Origin: an uncultured virus (IMG/VR IMGVR_UViG_3300027782_000041)
Lineage: Duplodnaviria > Heunggongvirae > Uroviricota > Caudoviricetes
Length of the DNA stretch: 64,000 nucleotides
Strand: one strand, 5' to 3'
IMG/VR virus record: IMGVR_UViG_3300027782_000041
The notes below the pieces were generated by a model that was not told where the DNA came from, made no database searches, and saw nothing but the letters and a program-made list of their open reading frames with translations. A program made the position numbers and the translations under genes. Within the stretch, counting starts at the first letter, position 1; every line of letters begins with the position of its first letter. Shown one piece after another: positions 19,199-29,108 of this stretch.

Positions 19199-20077
19199 TC
19201 AATGTTTAAAAAGTAATTTCAAATGAGCTAACCAAGGCACATTGGTCATGTGCATGCCGTTGGTAGTTATTCTTGTTGGCGGCAATAGCTTTGTGATTTC
19301 TGGTTGCTGAGTCCAATGTACCCCTGGGCGATGATGATGTTCTTGATGATATCCAGCATTGAAACATAACACATTGTACCACCAGCTGTATATTCCCACT
19401 GAATCTTGTGTGGTGTTGCCTTGATAGTGATACGCACCATAATGTTCTCCATAGTGCCAACTATAATTTAAAAAATGTGCTAGGCTATAAATTACAAACA
19501 ACAGCCATAGTCCGTAGATAAAGTTAATCAGCATGACAGCCAAGAAAAACCCAACAATAGCAAACTGTTCTCTGCGCCACAATACAAAATTCATCATTGG
19601 CGTTTTGGGTTGCGTGTGTTGCCACATTTGATAAAACACATATTTCCATGGTCCTATAAAATTATGTTGGGCAAGACGATAACAAAATTTCCAAACATTT
19701 TCAACTTGTCCATTGACACCATGCCCAAATACTGAGATTCTGTCTCGGCTTGCGCCGTTTATTGGAAGATCATTCACATACTTGTGATGTATTGAATGAC
19801 TTATTCTATAAGTTTGTGGCGAAACTCCTGAGGAACCAGCAAGTAACAATTCGTATGCTTGATTCAAAAACTTTTGATTAAATGTTAGCCAGTGTGTGTG
19901 ATGATGCAAAGAAGAGTTTTGTATGCACACTATCAACATTATGTGAAAAGGTGCTGTGATCGCTAACCAACCTAGGGTTGGATCAATCACAGCCATTGCA
20001 AATGCCACTGCTATTGTCAACACAGTTTGTAGAATTAAGAACATATCTTTCCAAGAATATTTAAATATTGATTTCAT
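19199..20077 (-). CDS. Membrane fatty acid desaturase-family protein
   Basis: Three His boxes (HHHTH, HSIHH, HQEHH) plus hydrophobic transmembrane segments. Confidence 0.85.
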   Translation of the reverse strand: MKSIFKYSWKDMFLILQTVLTIAVAFAMAVIDPTLGWLAITAPFHIMLIVCIQNSSLHHHTHWLTFNQKFLNQAYELLLAGSSGVSPQTYRISHSIHHKYVNDLPINGASRDRISVFGHGVNGQVENVWKFCYRLAQHNFIGPWKYVFYQMWQHTQPKTPMMNFVLWRREQFAIVGFFLAVMLINFIYGLWLLFVIYSLAHFLNYSWHYGEHYGAYHYQGNTTQDSVGIYSWWYNVLCFNAGYHQEHHHRPGVHWTQQPEITKLLPPTRITTNGMHMTNVPWLAHLKLLFKH

Positions 20078-20091
20078 ACAATTATATATCC

Positions 20092-20117
20092 AACAAAAAA
20101 CCTGCCGAAGCAGGTTT
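20092..20117 (-). terminator. Intrinsic terminator after the major capsid gene
   Basis: Minus strand AAACCTGC-TTCG-GCAGGTTT-TTTG: C(UUCG)G loop and U tract. Confidence 0.85.
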
Positions 20118-20148
20118 CTTGCCTTCCCATCCCTGGGAGTTTCTCTGA

Positions 20149-21345
20149 TTAGGAGAATGAAAGGTTAGACACAGCGATCTCGCCAACATAGTCACCAGCA
20201 TTGCCGAAGCTTGATGCAGTGTTTGTTAACTCGATGTAACCATAACGTGTCATGAATGACACGACTGGTTCGAATGTGCTTGGATCCAACACAACGCCTG
20301 AAGACATCAATGGGATGTATGGGCAGTAGAATGCTGGAGCGTCTGCTTCTGAAGAACCTTTGTAGCCGACCAACACTGGTGTTGTGTCACTTGCATAAGA
20401 GTCAACGAACACACGCATTGCGCCGTTCAATGTACCAACAAACTTGGTGTTTGTAGGTGCTTCAAAAGTACCTTCTGTAGTACGTGCAAATGCGCTGGTT
20501 GTAGCACTTTGCAATACTGTCAAGGCAGCTGAACTAACAACAGCGTAGTTACCAGCGCCACGACGAGTACGTTGGGCGATCAAGTTAGCAACACGGTTGA
20601 TCAAAACAGCCAATGCGGCGTGTTCGTCACCAACGAATGTAGCTGTACCTGAAACGGTAGCTTGGTTGTATGTGAACTCAGTTGCAGCCAATGAACGTAG
20701 ACTCAAAAGAATCTCTTGGTCAATTTCAGCTGTAATTTCTTGAGCAAGTGCGGCCATGATTTCTGCTTCAACGTCAATACCATGCATGGCTTGTGCGTCT
20801 TGTGCAGATTCAAATGTCCAACGTGCTTGCAACTTACGTGTGCGAGCTTCAACAGCTTGCTTCAAGATCTGTACAGAAATTTGCTTACCGCCAGTACCTT
20901 CCATAGTAGCTGTAGCGCCGCCAGTGTAGTTGGTAGCTGTGCTGGTTGCAGTAGGTACTGTAGAGTATGCTGTGGCAATCGTGAATGGTGACAATGCTTC
21001 TTGACCAGCTGTTACAGAAGTAGCGGCTGCAGAAGTGTCTGTCAAACTCTGTGCATAACGTACACGTAGAGTGTGGATTTGGCCCACTGGACCGGTCATT
21101 GGTTGTACACCAACCAACTCGTTAGCAATAACGGTTGGCATAACACGGCGAATAACTGGAAGAATCACACGGTTTAATGTTGCGATGTTACCAGATGCTG
21201 TTGAACCTGCGGAAGCATTTTCCTTCAAGTACTTGCGAGTGTTTTCTAAGATAACACCCATACTGTTGCGCTTTGAGCCGTTCAAACCTTCAAGCAATGC
21301 TTCTTTGGTCTCGCCCCAGCGGCTTTCTAATAGTTCTTGTGACAT
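20149..21345 (-). CDS. gp23: Major capsid protein (T4 gp23-like)
   Basis: LPVIRRVMPTVIANELVGVQPMTGPVGQIHTLRVRY, RKLQARWTFESAQD, EITAEIDQEI, FYCPYIPL and FMTRYG motifs. Confidence 0.97.
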   Translation of the reverse strand: MSQELLESRWGETKEALLEGLNGSKRNSMGVILENTRKYLKENASAGSTASGNIATLNRVILPVIRRVMPTVIANELVGVQPMTGPVGQIHTLRVRYAQSLTDTSAAATSVTAGQEALSPFTIATAYSTVPTATSTATNYTGGATATMEGTGGKQISVQILKQAVEARTRKLQARWTFESAQDAQAMHGIDVEAEIMAALAQEITAEIDQEILLSLRSLAATEFTYNQATVSGTATFVGDEHAALAVLINRVANLIAQRTRRGAGNYAVVSSAALTVLQSATTSAFARTTEGTFEAPTNTKFVGTLNGAMRVFVDSYASDTTPVLVGYKGSSEADAPAFYCPYIPLMSSGVVLDPSTFEPVVSFMTRYGYIELTNTASSFGNAGDYVGEIAVSNLSFS

Positions 21346-21366
21346 TTAAGTCTCCTATAAAAAATT

Positions 21367-22455
21367 TTATAACCCTGCCAGGCGCTTGAGGTCAATCACG
21401 TTACCGCGATCTTCCTGTTGACTACTTGGAACAGTTTTATCCCCAGTTGCTACGGAAACGTTTTCTGTGATCACTTTAGAGGCTTTCACAGAGCGGTCTT
21501 CCAACACAGCTGGTAGATACTTTTCGAAGGCGTTTTTCAAACGAGTAGTTTGTACGCTTTCCAGCAAATTACGCATGACGTCAGCTTTTTCCTGGTTTAG
21601 AGGACTAAGCAATTCTTGCATCAGGTCTTGACGCTGATTGCTTTCTTTGATCATACGTATTTCACGTTCTTTTGACTCAACAACAACTTTGGCGTGTTGT
21701 GAGACTTCAATGGCTTTCTTCAATTGCTTATTTTTGCCTTCTAGCATAGCGTATAGCTTGCGGACTTCTGCTTTCTCATTTAGGTGAGTAGCACCAAATT
21801 CACTTGCGTATGCTTCAAAAATACGGCGACCAAAATTGTTCTCACGAGCAACTTTGATATCCTCTTGCAATTGACCCAGTTCTTCCCTGAGATGACGGCT
21901 AACAGCTTGACTCATTTTCTCTGCACTTTCTTTTACGAAACGTGTTTTGAGTGTTTCAAGTTTTGCGCGGGCTTCACGTACCAAGCGGACTTTTGTTTCC
22001 ACTACGTCACGTTTGTCTGCGGCAAACTCTTGAATTTCACGAGCTAATGCATGCACCATGAAGTTTTCTAGTTTTGCTAGTCCTTCTGTGTGCATCTTAC
22101 GGTCTTTGCGCAATTCGCCAATTTCTTCTGCAAGTTTTGTCACCAAGAAGCCGTTAAACTTCTGTGCTGACTCTTTCATCTTGCCTTGGAAACGAACGCG
22201 ATCTTCTGCAAGTGATTGCTTTTCAGCAGCCACAGCTTGAATTTCTGCGGTGAGACTTTCTGTTACCATTTTATCCAGGGCTTCAACCATTACTGACTTA
22301 TCATGTTCGTAGCGTCCTGCATACTCTTCTCTGAGTTCTGCACGAGCCTGTTCACGAGCTTCACTTAACTTGGCTTCCCAAGCTTCTGTGATCTCTTGAC
22401 GAGTTTCCTCGGTGATCAGGTTGCTATCTAACAATGGTTTGATTGCATCTAACAT
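21367..22455 (-). CDS. gp22: Prohead core/scaffold protein (T4 gp22-like)
   Basis: Glu/Lys-rich coiled coil between the protease and capsid genes. Confidence 0.8.
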   Translation of the reverse strand: MLDAIKPLLDSNLITEETRQEITEAWEAKLSEAREQARAELREEYAGRYEHDKSVMVEALDKMVTESLTAEIQAVAAEKQSLAEDRVRFQGKMKESAQKFNGFLVTKLAEEIGELRKDRKMHTEGLAKLENFMVHALAREIQEFAADKRDVVETKVRLVREARAKLETLKTRFVKESAEKMSQAVSRHLREELGQLQEDIKVARENNFGRRIFEAYASEFGATHLNEKAEVRKLYAMLEGKNKQLKKAIEVSQHAKVVVESKEREIRMIKESNQRQDLMQELLSPLNQEKADVMRNLLESVQTTRLKNAFEKYLPAVLEDRSVKASKVITENVSVATGDKTVPSSQQEDRGNVIDLKRLAGL

Positions 22456-22468
22456 TTGTAGATTCTCC

Positions 22469-23104
22469 TTAGATCTTAAGTTCTCTAATGAGTTTTACAA
22501 CTTCATTCTTGAGATACTTTTGCACTTTGTTGTCTTCGCCCGCTTCCCGTGCTACCTCTAACAGTCTATGGCCGTACTTCATGTTCATGAGACTTTCATA
22601 TATTGCTTTAGGGTATGCATTGGGTGCGCTGGGTTGAGCAACTACATCTATAGTGACAATTTCAAAGTCACTTACATGTCCTGTTCTGTCGTCAACGTTG
22701 CCGCTGCCACGACTTGAAACTCCTAATTTCACACCAGATGTCAGCAAGGTCTTGATCAACTCACCCATTGGGGTTGGTAAGATCTTCATTTTGCCACATC
22801 CAGCATCGCCATCCATCCACATACTTTCAACAGCGTGACACACACGATCTAGATTTATTTTTAAATCATCTGGGTGATCCACTTCGCCTAGCACTGAGTT
22901 ACCTTCTTTAATCTGTTGATTAATTGTGTTGACTGCTTTGCTGATTTCGTGTAATGGGTAGACACGGTCATTTGCATTGCGCTTGTTGCCTTCAATACAG
23001 ATGCCTTTTAAATAGAGATTTTTACCGTGGCCATCCGGTCCAGATTCTTCTAGAACCTGGATATTGGCCTGATTAAAGGTAAGTTGTTCTCTTAGTGTTT
23101 TCAT
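22469..23104 (-). CDS. gp21: Prohead maturation protease (T4 gp21-like)
   Basis: NANDRVYP, LGEVDHP, GVSSRGSG and DVVAQPSAPNAY motifs. Confidence 0.95.
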   Translation of the reverse strand: MKTLREQLTFNQANIQVLEESGPDGHGKNLYLKGICIEGNKRNANDRVYPLHEISKAVNTINQQIKEGNSVLGEVDHPDDLKINLDRVCHAVESMWMDGDAGCGKMKILPTPMGELIKTLLTSGVKLGVSSRGSGNVDDRTGHVSDFEIVTIDVVAQPSAPNAYPKAIYESLMNMKYGHRLLEVAREAGEDNKVQKYLKNEVVKLIRELKI

Positions 23105-23107
23105 TGA

Positions 23108-24052
23108 TTAACCGCGAGCTACTGGGCTCTTTGTGTTAACACCGCTGGCTTGACCCATCACTGGCTTGGTAGCTGGCTTTGGACTTTGTGTGCCTTGAGC
23201 TGGTGTATTACCAACTTTGCCAATCAAATCTTTTGTGCTGTTTCTGTAAGCCGGAGTGTCATGATTGCCACCCATTTCGCCACCTGCGTGTACTGGCTTG
23301 ACTGAATTACCAATTGGGCCTTTAGCGCCTGAATTTGCGACTACTGTAGACTTCTTGTTAACGCCGCCTTCTTCAGAAGTCACTGGCTTTGGGGCTGCTT
23401 TAAGCGTCACAGCTTCCATCATGCCCATTTCTTCAGTGTCGTCCATTTCAATAGCGTCGCCGCCTTCTTCTGGACCAAAACCGTCGCCGTTGCCCATGTC
23501 ATCGTTGCCCATTAGGTCTTCGAATTCGGCCATCAACTGGTCTAATTTGTCTTCAAGGTTAAGAATGTCGTCTTTGCTGGCTGGTTCAGAACCGCCTTCG
23601 TCGCCGCCCATGTCAGCTGTGTCATCGTCGCCCATTAGGTCTTCGAATTCGGCCATCAACTGGTCTAATTTGTCTTCAAGGTTAAGAATGTCGTCTTTGC
23701 TGGCTGGTTCAGAACCGCCTTCGTCGCCGCCCATGTCAGCCATGTCATCGTCGCCCATGTCATCGTCGGCCATATCTTCTTCGCCTTCCATGTTCATGTC
23801 AGACTCTTCTTCAGCTTCAACGTCGTCGATCAAGTCGTCACTAGCGTCGCCGCCCATGGCTTCTTCAAGATCTTCTTCTTCGCCTTCTTCGATGTCTTCG
23901 ACACCTTCTTCGAGATCTTCTTCAGCTTCTTCAGCCATCAAATTCTCGTAAATCTCACGACTTTTTTCCACGACGATATCATGGAAAAGCTCACGTGCTT
24001 TGCTTTCTTCATCATTGATCACGTATTCGATCAATTGTTCAAATTTGTTCAT
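23108..24052 (-). CDS. Highly acidic prohead core-like protein
   Basis: 314 aa, extremely Asp/Glu-rich, between portal and protease where T4 has gp67/gp68. TAAATA at 24082-24087. Confidence 0.6.
   Translation of the reverse strand: MNKFEQLIEYVINDEESKARELFHDIVVEKSREIYENLMAEEAEEDLEEGVEDIEEGEEEDLEEAMGGDASDDLIDDVEAEEESDMNMEGEEDMADDDMGDDDMADMGGDEGGSEPASKDDILNLEDKLDQLMAEFEDLMGDDDTADMGGDEGGSEPASKDDILNLEDKLDQLMAEFEDLMGNDDMGNGDGFGPEEGGDAIEMDDTEEMGMMEAVTLKAAPKPVTSEEGGVNKKSTVVANSGAKGPIGNSVKPVHAGGEMGGNHDTPAYRNSTKDLIGKVGNTPAQGTQSPKPATKPVMGQASGVNTKSPVARG
23497..23740. repeat. Near-perfect 123-bp tandem duplication (41 aa) within the acidic core gene
   Basis: 23497-23617 versus 23620-23740 shows one mismatch (23506/23629). 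Unit ADMGGDEGGSEPASKDDILNLEDKLDQLMAEFEDLMGDDDT. Confidence 0.9.
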
Positions 24053-24135
24053 AGAAAACTCCTGTAGGTAAAGTGTAATGTTATTTACACATCAGGAGAA
24101 AAACACGCGGTTTATGAGGCCGAAAAGGCCATAAA

Positions 24136-24357
24136 TTACATCGCCGGTGCTTCAGGGGCAGGTGCATACTGCTGACGCACCAGTTTGAGTTTTTCTTTGT
24201 ATTCTACCATACGCACATCGTTCATTTTACGCAGTTTGTTCAGCTGACGTAACGTTAGATGCGTTTTACGCAGGTCACCAATTTCTGGTTGGCTATTGTC
24301 TTGCGCAAGGTCCTGATAGGCTTCAGGTTCTTTTTTGTAGAATTCGTTAAGGATCAT
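24136..24357 (-). CDS. Small head-module protein
   Basis: 73 aa with RKTHLTLRQLNKLRK motif, directly downstream of the portal. TAAATA 5 nt before the ATG. Confidence 0.65.
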   Translation of the reverse strand: MILNEFYKKEPEAYQDLAQDNSQPEIGDLRKTHLTLRQLNKLRKMNDVRMVEYKEKLKLVRQQYAPAPEAPAM

Positions 24358-24365
24358 GTGAATAT

Positions 24366-26147
24366 TTATGCTGGCGGGGCGCCTGCGCCACCCACGCCTC
24401 CAGGTACTACAGGACCTGCTGGACCCGATCCCACTTCGGGGGCGCCTACTCCCGCTGGTTCCATTTGCCCAATTTCTTCACCTGTGGCAATGTCTGTTTC
24501 CAGTTGTCCTGGACTGATTCCTATTGAGCGTAGATCGCTGCCCGAAGGTTCTATTGTGGGTGTGTCGCGTTCTTCACGCCACATTGTTTCGTTTTCTTTG
24601 ATTTCTTCTTCAGTCAATCCCAAGAAGCGTTCAAGCAAAAACCGTTTTGACATGTACGGCAAGGGCTCCATCTGCATAAATGCTTGGATACGTGTGTTGT
24701 CTAGTTCGCTTTGACGGTAACTTGCAAAGTTTTGCGGTGCATTAAAGCCAATGCTAAACAGGCTGGAGTCAATGTTAAACCCACGCCATTTCAAGAACAT
24801 CTTGAATTCGTCGTCTAATTTCTGGGCAATTAAGGCCTGTAAACGTTCACAATACTGGTTGAATCTATACTCTTGTATCAGTGCTGTGCCTACTTTTCCG
24901 TCGCTCATTGCACGGTCTGAGTCATCAGGACCAGTGGGCAAGTAACTGCTAGGCACACGCAAACCACGGGCCATTTTGTTGTTAAAATACTTTAAATCGT
25001 CAATTTCGCCTAGGTTTGACCCGCCAGCTAATGTTTCTACTGAGCTGCCTCGGCCGTCTTGACCCTGGGGGAAGAAGTAGTCTTCGTTGATTGATAATGG
25101 ATTATAACTGCTATCCATCATGTTTTGCCCGCCACCTGTTATGGTAGGGATTCTACGCTGATGCATTTCATTCTTCACACGTTCCACAAACTGCATGGCC
25201 AAGTGTGACGGCATGTTGCCCACGTCAATTTTGAAGATTCGGCGCTCAGGAGCACGGCTCACACGATAGATAAGAATAGCATCTTCCAGCAGTTCTTTCT
25301 GTTTGTAAACTTTGTAAATTTGTTCTAGAATACTGCGTCCAAACGGCCAGAACACATCCAGGCCTTCGTTTAAACTGCAATGTACCACGTGCTTGGCATC
25401 CAAGGTGGCTTCGTTCATGGCATGCATGAATCGGCTGTTGCCTACACCGCCGCCGGCACCGCCGTTGGGCATGGTGTAGTTTGATGATCCTGATATGGTA
25501 CCTGTCACAGGATTGGTCATGTAGTCGGTGGTGGTCTTGGCGGCCACAGTCATGTTCTGGAAGTTGGGGTTGATGTCACGAATCACATACTGCTCAGGAC
25601 GCTTGCCTTCTGATTCGTTCACAATCACTCGCATGATCTTGGTCATATCCACCCACATCATTTCAAATGTTTCTGGGTCACGCACAAAAATTTGATCACC
25701 GTACTTGATGGTGTTGCGGAACAGTTTGAAGATGCGCTGGTCCAGTTTGTTCAGTTTCACCCACTGTTGCAGTTGTTTCTTGATAATACCAATCTCGTGA
25801 TCAGTGGGTTTGTCATTGTATTTGACGTCAAACGGTGTGCCGTTTGTTTCGTTCATTTGTGTGGAGAACTCAGCAATGATGTCTAAACAGGCATTGACTT
25901 CTGAGTCCATGTCCATGTTTTCATACTGATTGTAACGTTCCACACGGTTGGGATGGCCTGAATATACTTCGGGTAGTCTGCTGGCATAGTTGCGGAACAC
26001 AAAGTCTGCTTGAGATCCGTTGCTGCCATCATTGCGAGGATAGTTTGGCAAGCCAAACTGATTCTTGCCCGAGATTGGGCTCATTGCGCCTGAATTGTCT
26101 GCGACCTTGAAGTACTTGCGCCAAGAGCCTTGTTGTTTTTCTGCCAT
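24366..26147 (-). CDS. gp20: Portal protein (T4 gp20-like)
   Basis: YENMDMDSEVNACLDII, LLEDAILIYRVSRAPERRIFKIDVGNMP, EDYFFP...GRGSSVETLAGG.NLGEIDDLKYF motifs. Confidence 0.96.
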   Translation of the reverse strand: MAEKQQGSWRKYFKVADNSGAMSPISGKNQFGLPNYPRNDGSNGSQADFVFRNYASRLPEVYSGHPNRVERYNQYENMDMDSEVNACLDIIAEFSTQMNETNGTPFDVKYNDKPTDHEIGIIKKQLQQWVKLNKLDQRIFKLFRNTIKYGDQIFVRDPETFEMMWVDMTKIMRVIVNESEGKRPEQYVIRDINPNFQNMTVAAKTTTDYMTNPVTGTISGSSNYTMPNGGAGGGVGNSRFMHAMNEATLDAKHVVHCSLNEGLDVFWPFGRSILEQIYKVYKQKELLEDAILIYRVSRAPERRIFKIDVGNMPSHLAMQFVERVKNEMHQRRIPTITGGGQNMMDSSYNPLSINEDYFFPQGQDGRGSSVETLAGGSNLGEIDDLKYFNNKMARGLRVPSSYLPTGPDDSDRAMSDGKVGTALIQEYRFNQYCERLQALIAQKLDDEFKMFLKWRGFNIDSSLFSIGFNAPQNFASYRQSELDNTRIQAFMQMEPLPYMSKRFLLERFLGLTEEEIKENETMWREERDTPTIEPSGSDLRSIGISPGQLETDIATGEEIGQMEPAGVGAPEVGSGPAGPVVPGGVGGAGAPPA

Positions 26148-26166
26148 AGTAGTTTATTTACCGTGA

Positions 26167-29067
26167 TTACGACTGCGCACGTAGCATTTTGTTCTGTACG
26201 TCAACAGAGTTCTTTTGAGCACTGACCATTTGTTCCATCATAGCAGCCATGGTTGAAGTTTGTTCTGCCATGATTTTGAACAATCCCATGGCCTCATCTC
26301 CCAGCCCCATTTTGCCATTAAAGCTGACAGGAACATTGCCATCCTTGAGTGGGATCACTGCTTCAGGACCAGCTTCACCAATCATTGACAATGTGGCGTC
26401 ATCCACAAGTCCACCATTGGCAAAGGCCGGAATCTGTGCATGATAGTGGCCCCCTGTTGCTCCAGACGTAGGGTTGTTGTACTCGTCTATGGCTAGACTG
26501 GCGCCCATTTGTTTGAGATAATCTGTGACCGCTCGGCCTTCTTCCTTGGTTGGCGGTGTTGCCACAGTAAAGTCCATTGCTAGACCTTTTGTGTGCTGGC
26601 TGCTGGGTGCTTTTTCGTTATGGAACTTGTCGTTGAAACCTGTGAACATTCCAAATCCAGGAATGCCAGCCTGCACAGATTTTGCTAGTTCAATGATGTT
26701 AGGACTAATCTTAGCGCCTTCGGCTTGAACGTCGCCAGATTTAAGTCGTAATCCTAGCCCTTTAAGATCGTCTTGGCTCTTGATTTGCATGCCTTGGCCG
26801 CCGACCATGGGTGGCATGCCTGCCGCTGAAGGCATTCGCAGTCCTGTCCCTCCGCCCATGCCAGGCGCTGAAGGCATCTGTAGGCCACCGCCCATGCCAT
26901 TGCCCATGCCATTGCCCATGCCACCGCCCATGCCACCGCCCATTGATCTCATCATAGTAGCGTTTTTACGCAAGGCTTCGCCGGCTTCTTTGCCCATGGC
27001 TTTTTCCATGACCTCTACCATTTTTTCAAGTGTGTCGTTTTGCTCTTCAAGCATTTCGATCTCATCACCCATCAACTGTGTTTTCAAAGTTCTTAATCTG
27101 TCAGACAAGCGACTAAAATTTTGTGTTTTCTTTAGATCTTGATCTGTGAGCTTTTCTAGTGTTTGTGTATCTTTCAACATCTCTTTGTAGAGATTGTCGA
27201 TCTTGTCCAGTTGCTCACCACCAGCACCTGCCATACCCCCGGTGTTAAGTGTACCCATTAATTGATTTTCAGGAATCACTAGCTCATTGCCGTGAAGCAT
27301 TGCCAGGTATCCCGATTGAGGTCCACTTAAGAATCCTCCTTCTGACGCCATGGGTATGTTAGTCGTATCAACTGCTTCTACAGATCCTTGTTTGCCGGCA
27401 TCTTTGGGATCTGGCGCTTGATTTCTTCCGGCAAATAGGTAACCACCGATGCCACCAATTGCAGCGCCCACGGCACCGCCAACTGCTGTGCCAATAAGAG
27501 GAACTACACTGCCTATTGCCGCGCCAGTTAACGCACCAGCACCTGCACCAGCACCTGCCGCAGCTAGTTTTTCACCAGTTGTGGCTTTGCCGCCAACAAC
27601 ATCTGCTAGTCCGCGAGCAGCCAGTCCAGTTGCTTCGGCTAACAGTCTCATTTTTTCTTGAGCTGGAACAATTCCTTCAAAGACAAAATCTGTCATGGCC
27701 TTGTTGGCTTTGATCTGAGCTTCCACAATTGCAGTTTGACCTTTGACCAGCGGATCTGCCCCAGCTATCTGTGCTTTTTGATCTGCTTGAATCTTAGCTG
27801 AGTTAGCAACAATATCACCGTTGGCCATTTGTGCCAACTTTAATTGTTCGGATAAATTACCAAATTTGTCATTATAAGCACCAAGCTGACCTAGTGTGGT
27901 ACCCACTGTGTCAGCTGTGTTACCCATTTCTTTGCCAGTGCGTTGTGCGGCTTCTTGATAGCTAATTTGCCCGGCAATGACTTGTTGTGTGGTGCGTATC
28001 ATCTCGCCGTTGGATGCCAAGTTGGCTTTTTGTGCATCGGCATTTGACAAGTTGCCTGTTACAGATGCCTGGAAGGCAGACGCCATTTCAGGACCAGCAG
28101 CTTCATAAACGCTGTTGAGTTTTAATAAGGCTTCGGCTCCTTCTTTGTTACCAGCCAGTTGTAGCTCACGAACTTTTGCTGCAAACTGTTCTTTCTGCAA
28201 TGCACGTTCGCGTTGTTGTTCCATTTCGGCACGACTCTGACCAGTAAGCCTAGTCAACATGTCTTGTTCTTTCAAGTAGTCTTGAGCACCTTTGGCCAGT
28301 TGGGCAACACTCATTGACTGGGAATTGCCCAAACGAGTTTGCAGTTTAACATAACCGGCCATGCCTTCGTTGATGTCTTTGATTCCCAAGCCCATGTTCA
28401 TTAGGCCTGCACGAGCAGGCTCTAGGGCCGCGCCCATGTCGGCAAACTTTTTACGACCGTCGCTGACCGATCCAGCAAACAACGCAAAGTCTTTGGAATT
28501 TTCTGCAACCAAACTGACCATTTGGTCCAATTCGCCCATGGCCAAGCCGAGCTTTTGAGCATCGTTCTTCAGGCCGGTCATGCCGTCGGCTGCTGCTCCT
28601 CCAGATTTGGCTAGACCTTGATATCCTTTGTGAAGCTGATCTGCCATTTCGTTGGCGGCTTGCGTGTACTTGATATACGCAGTGGCGGCCATGGTGATGC
28701 CGGCAATCAGTCCTTTGATCAAAAAGCCGCCAGGAATCATCAACGACAGAGCTGCACCTGCGGCAGTGGCCGCAGTGCTTAATTCATCCAAACTGGAATT
28801 AAACGCTGACGCACCTTTTTTGCCGTCCAGCATGGCCTTGCCAGCTGCCATGCCAGCAGATGCCAGTGCACCTATTGCGTCTGCGCCTTTTTTGGTACCA
28901 GCAGTGAAATTTTCTATACCGTGCTTGGCTTTCATCTCCGCATCAGTTGTTTCATCTCGAGTTCGGCTGGAAACTCTGCCGTTGACAGCTAGCTCTTCGT
29001 TGAGCCGTTGCAATGTTCTAGCCAGTTCTGTTGCGGCCTGATTCGCTTCTACATTTCCATCTGTCAT
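26167..29067 (-). CDS. Tape-measure-like / baseplate-hub protein with C-terminal Zn-peptidase (M15-like) domain
   Basis: Long Ala/Gln-rich helical region, glycine-zipper segment, MLHGNELVIP and IGEAGPEAVIPL motifs. SQHTKGLAMDF...GGHYH peptidase motif. Confidence 0.7.
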   Translation of the reverse strand: MTDGNVEANQAATELARTLQRLNEELAVNGRVSSRTRDETTDAEMKAKHGIENFTAGTKKGADAIGALASAGMAAGKAMLDGKKGASAFNSSLDELSTAATAAGAALSLMIPGGFLIKGLIAGITMAATAYIKYTQAANEMADQLHKGYQGLAKSGGAAADGMTGLKNDAQKLGLAMGELDQMVSLVAENSKDFALFAGSVSDGRKKFADMGAALEPARAGLMNMGLGIKDINEGMAGYVKLQTRLGNSQSMSVAQLAKGAQDYLKEQDMLTRLTGQSRAEMEQQRERALQKEQFAAKVRELQLAGNKEGAEALLKLNSVYEAAGPEMASAFQASVTGNLSNADAQKANLASNGEMIRTTQQVIAGQISYQEAAQRTGKEMGNTADTVGTTLGQLGAYNDKFGNLSEQLKLAQMANGDIVANSAKIQADQKAQIAGADPLVKGQTAIVEAQIKANKAMTDFVFEGIVPAQEKMRLLAEATGLAARGLADVVGGKATTGEKLAAAGAGAGAGALTGAAIGSVVPLIGTAVGGAVGAAIGGIGGYLFAGRNQAPDPKDAGKQGSVEAVDTTNIPMASEGGFLSGPQSGYLAMLHGNELVIPENQLMGTLNTGGMAGAGGEQLDKIDNLYKEMLKDTQTLEKLTDQDLKKTQNFSRLSDRLRTLKTQLMGDEIEMLEEQNDTLEKMVEVMEKAMGKEAGEALRKNATMMRSMGGGMGGGMGNGMGNGMGGGLQMPSAPGMGGGTGLRMPSAAGMPPMVGGQGMQIKSQDDLKGLGLRLKSGDVQAEGAKISPNIIELAKSVQAGIPGFGMFTGFNDKFHNEKAPSSQHTKGLAMDFTVATPPTKEEGRAVTDYLKQMGASLAIDEYNNPTSGATGGHYHAQIPAFANGGLVDDATLSMIGEAGPEAVIPLKDGNVPVSFNGKMGLGDEAMGLFKIMAEQTSTMAAMMEQMVSAQKNSVDVQNKMLRAQS
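26884..26943. repeat. Five 12-bp units encoding a Met-Gly linker (MGGG/MGNG)
   Basis: GCCACCGCCCAT / GCCATTGCCCAT units in tandem. Confidence 0.8.
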
Positions 29068-29078
29068 GTTTTACCACC

Positions 29079-29100
29079 CATAAGTATTGCTATATTTATA
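29079..29100. promoter_or_regulatory. Face-to-face late-promoter-like motifs between the tape-measure-like gene and gp26
   Basis: TATAAATA on minus at 29093-29100 and the variant CATAAGTA on plus at 29079-29086. Confidence 0.55.
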
Positions 29101-29108
29101 GGTGATTT

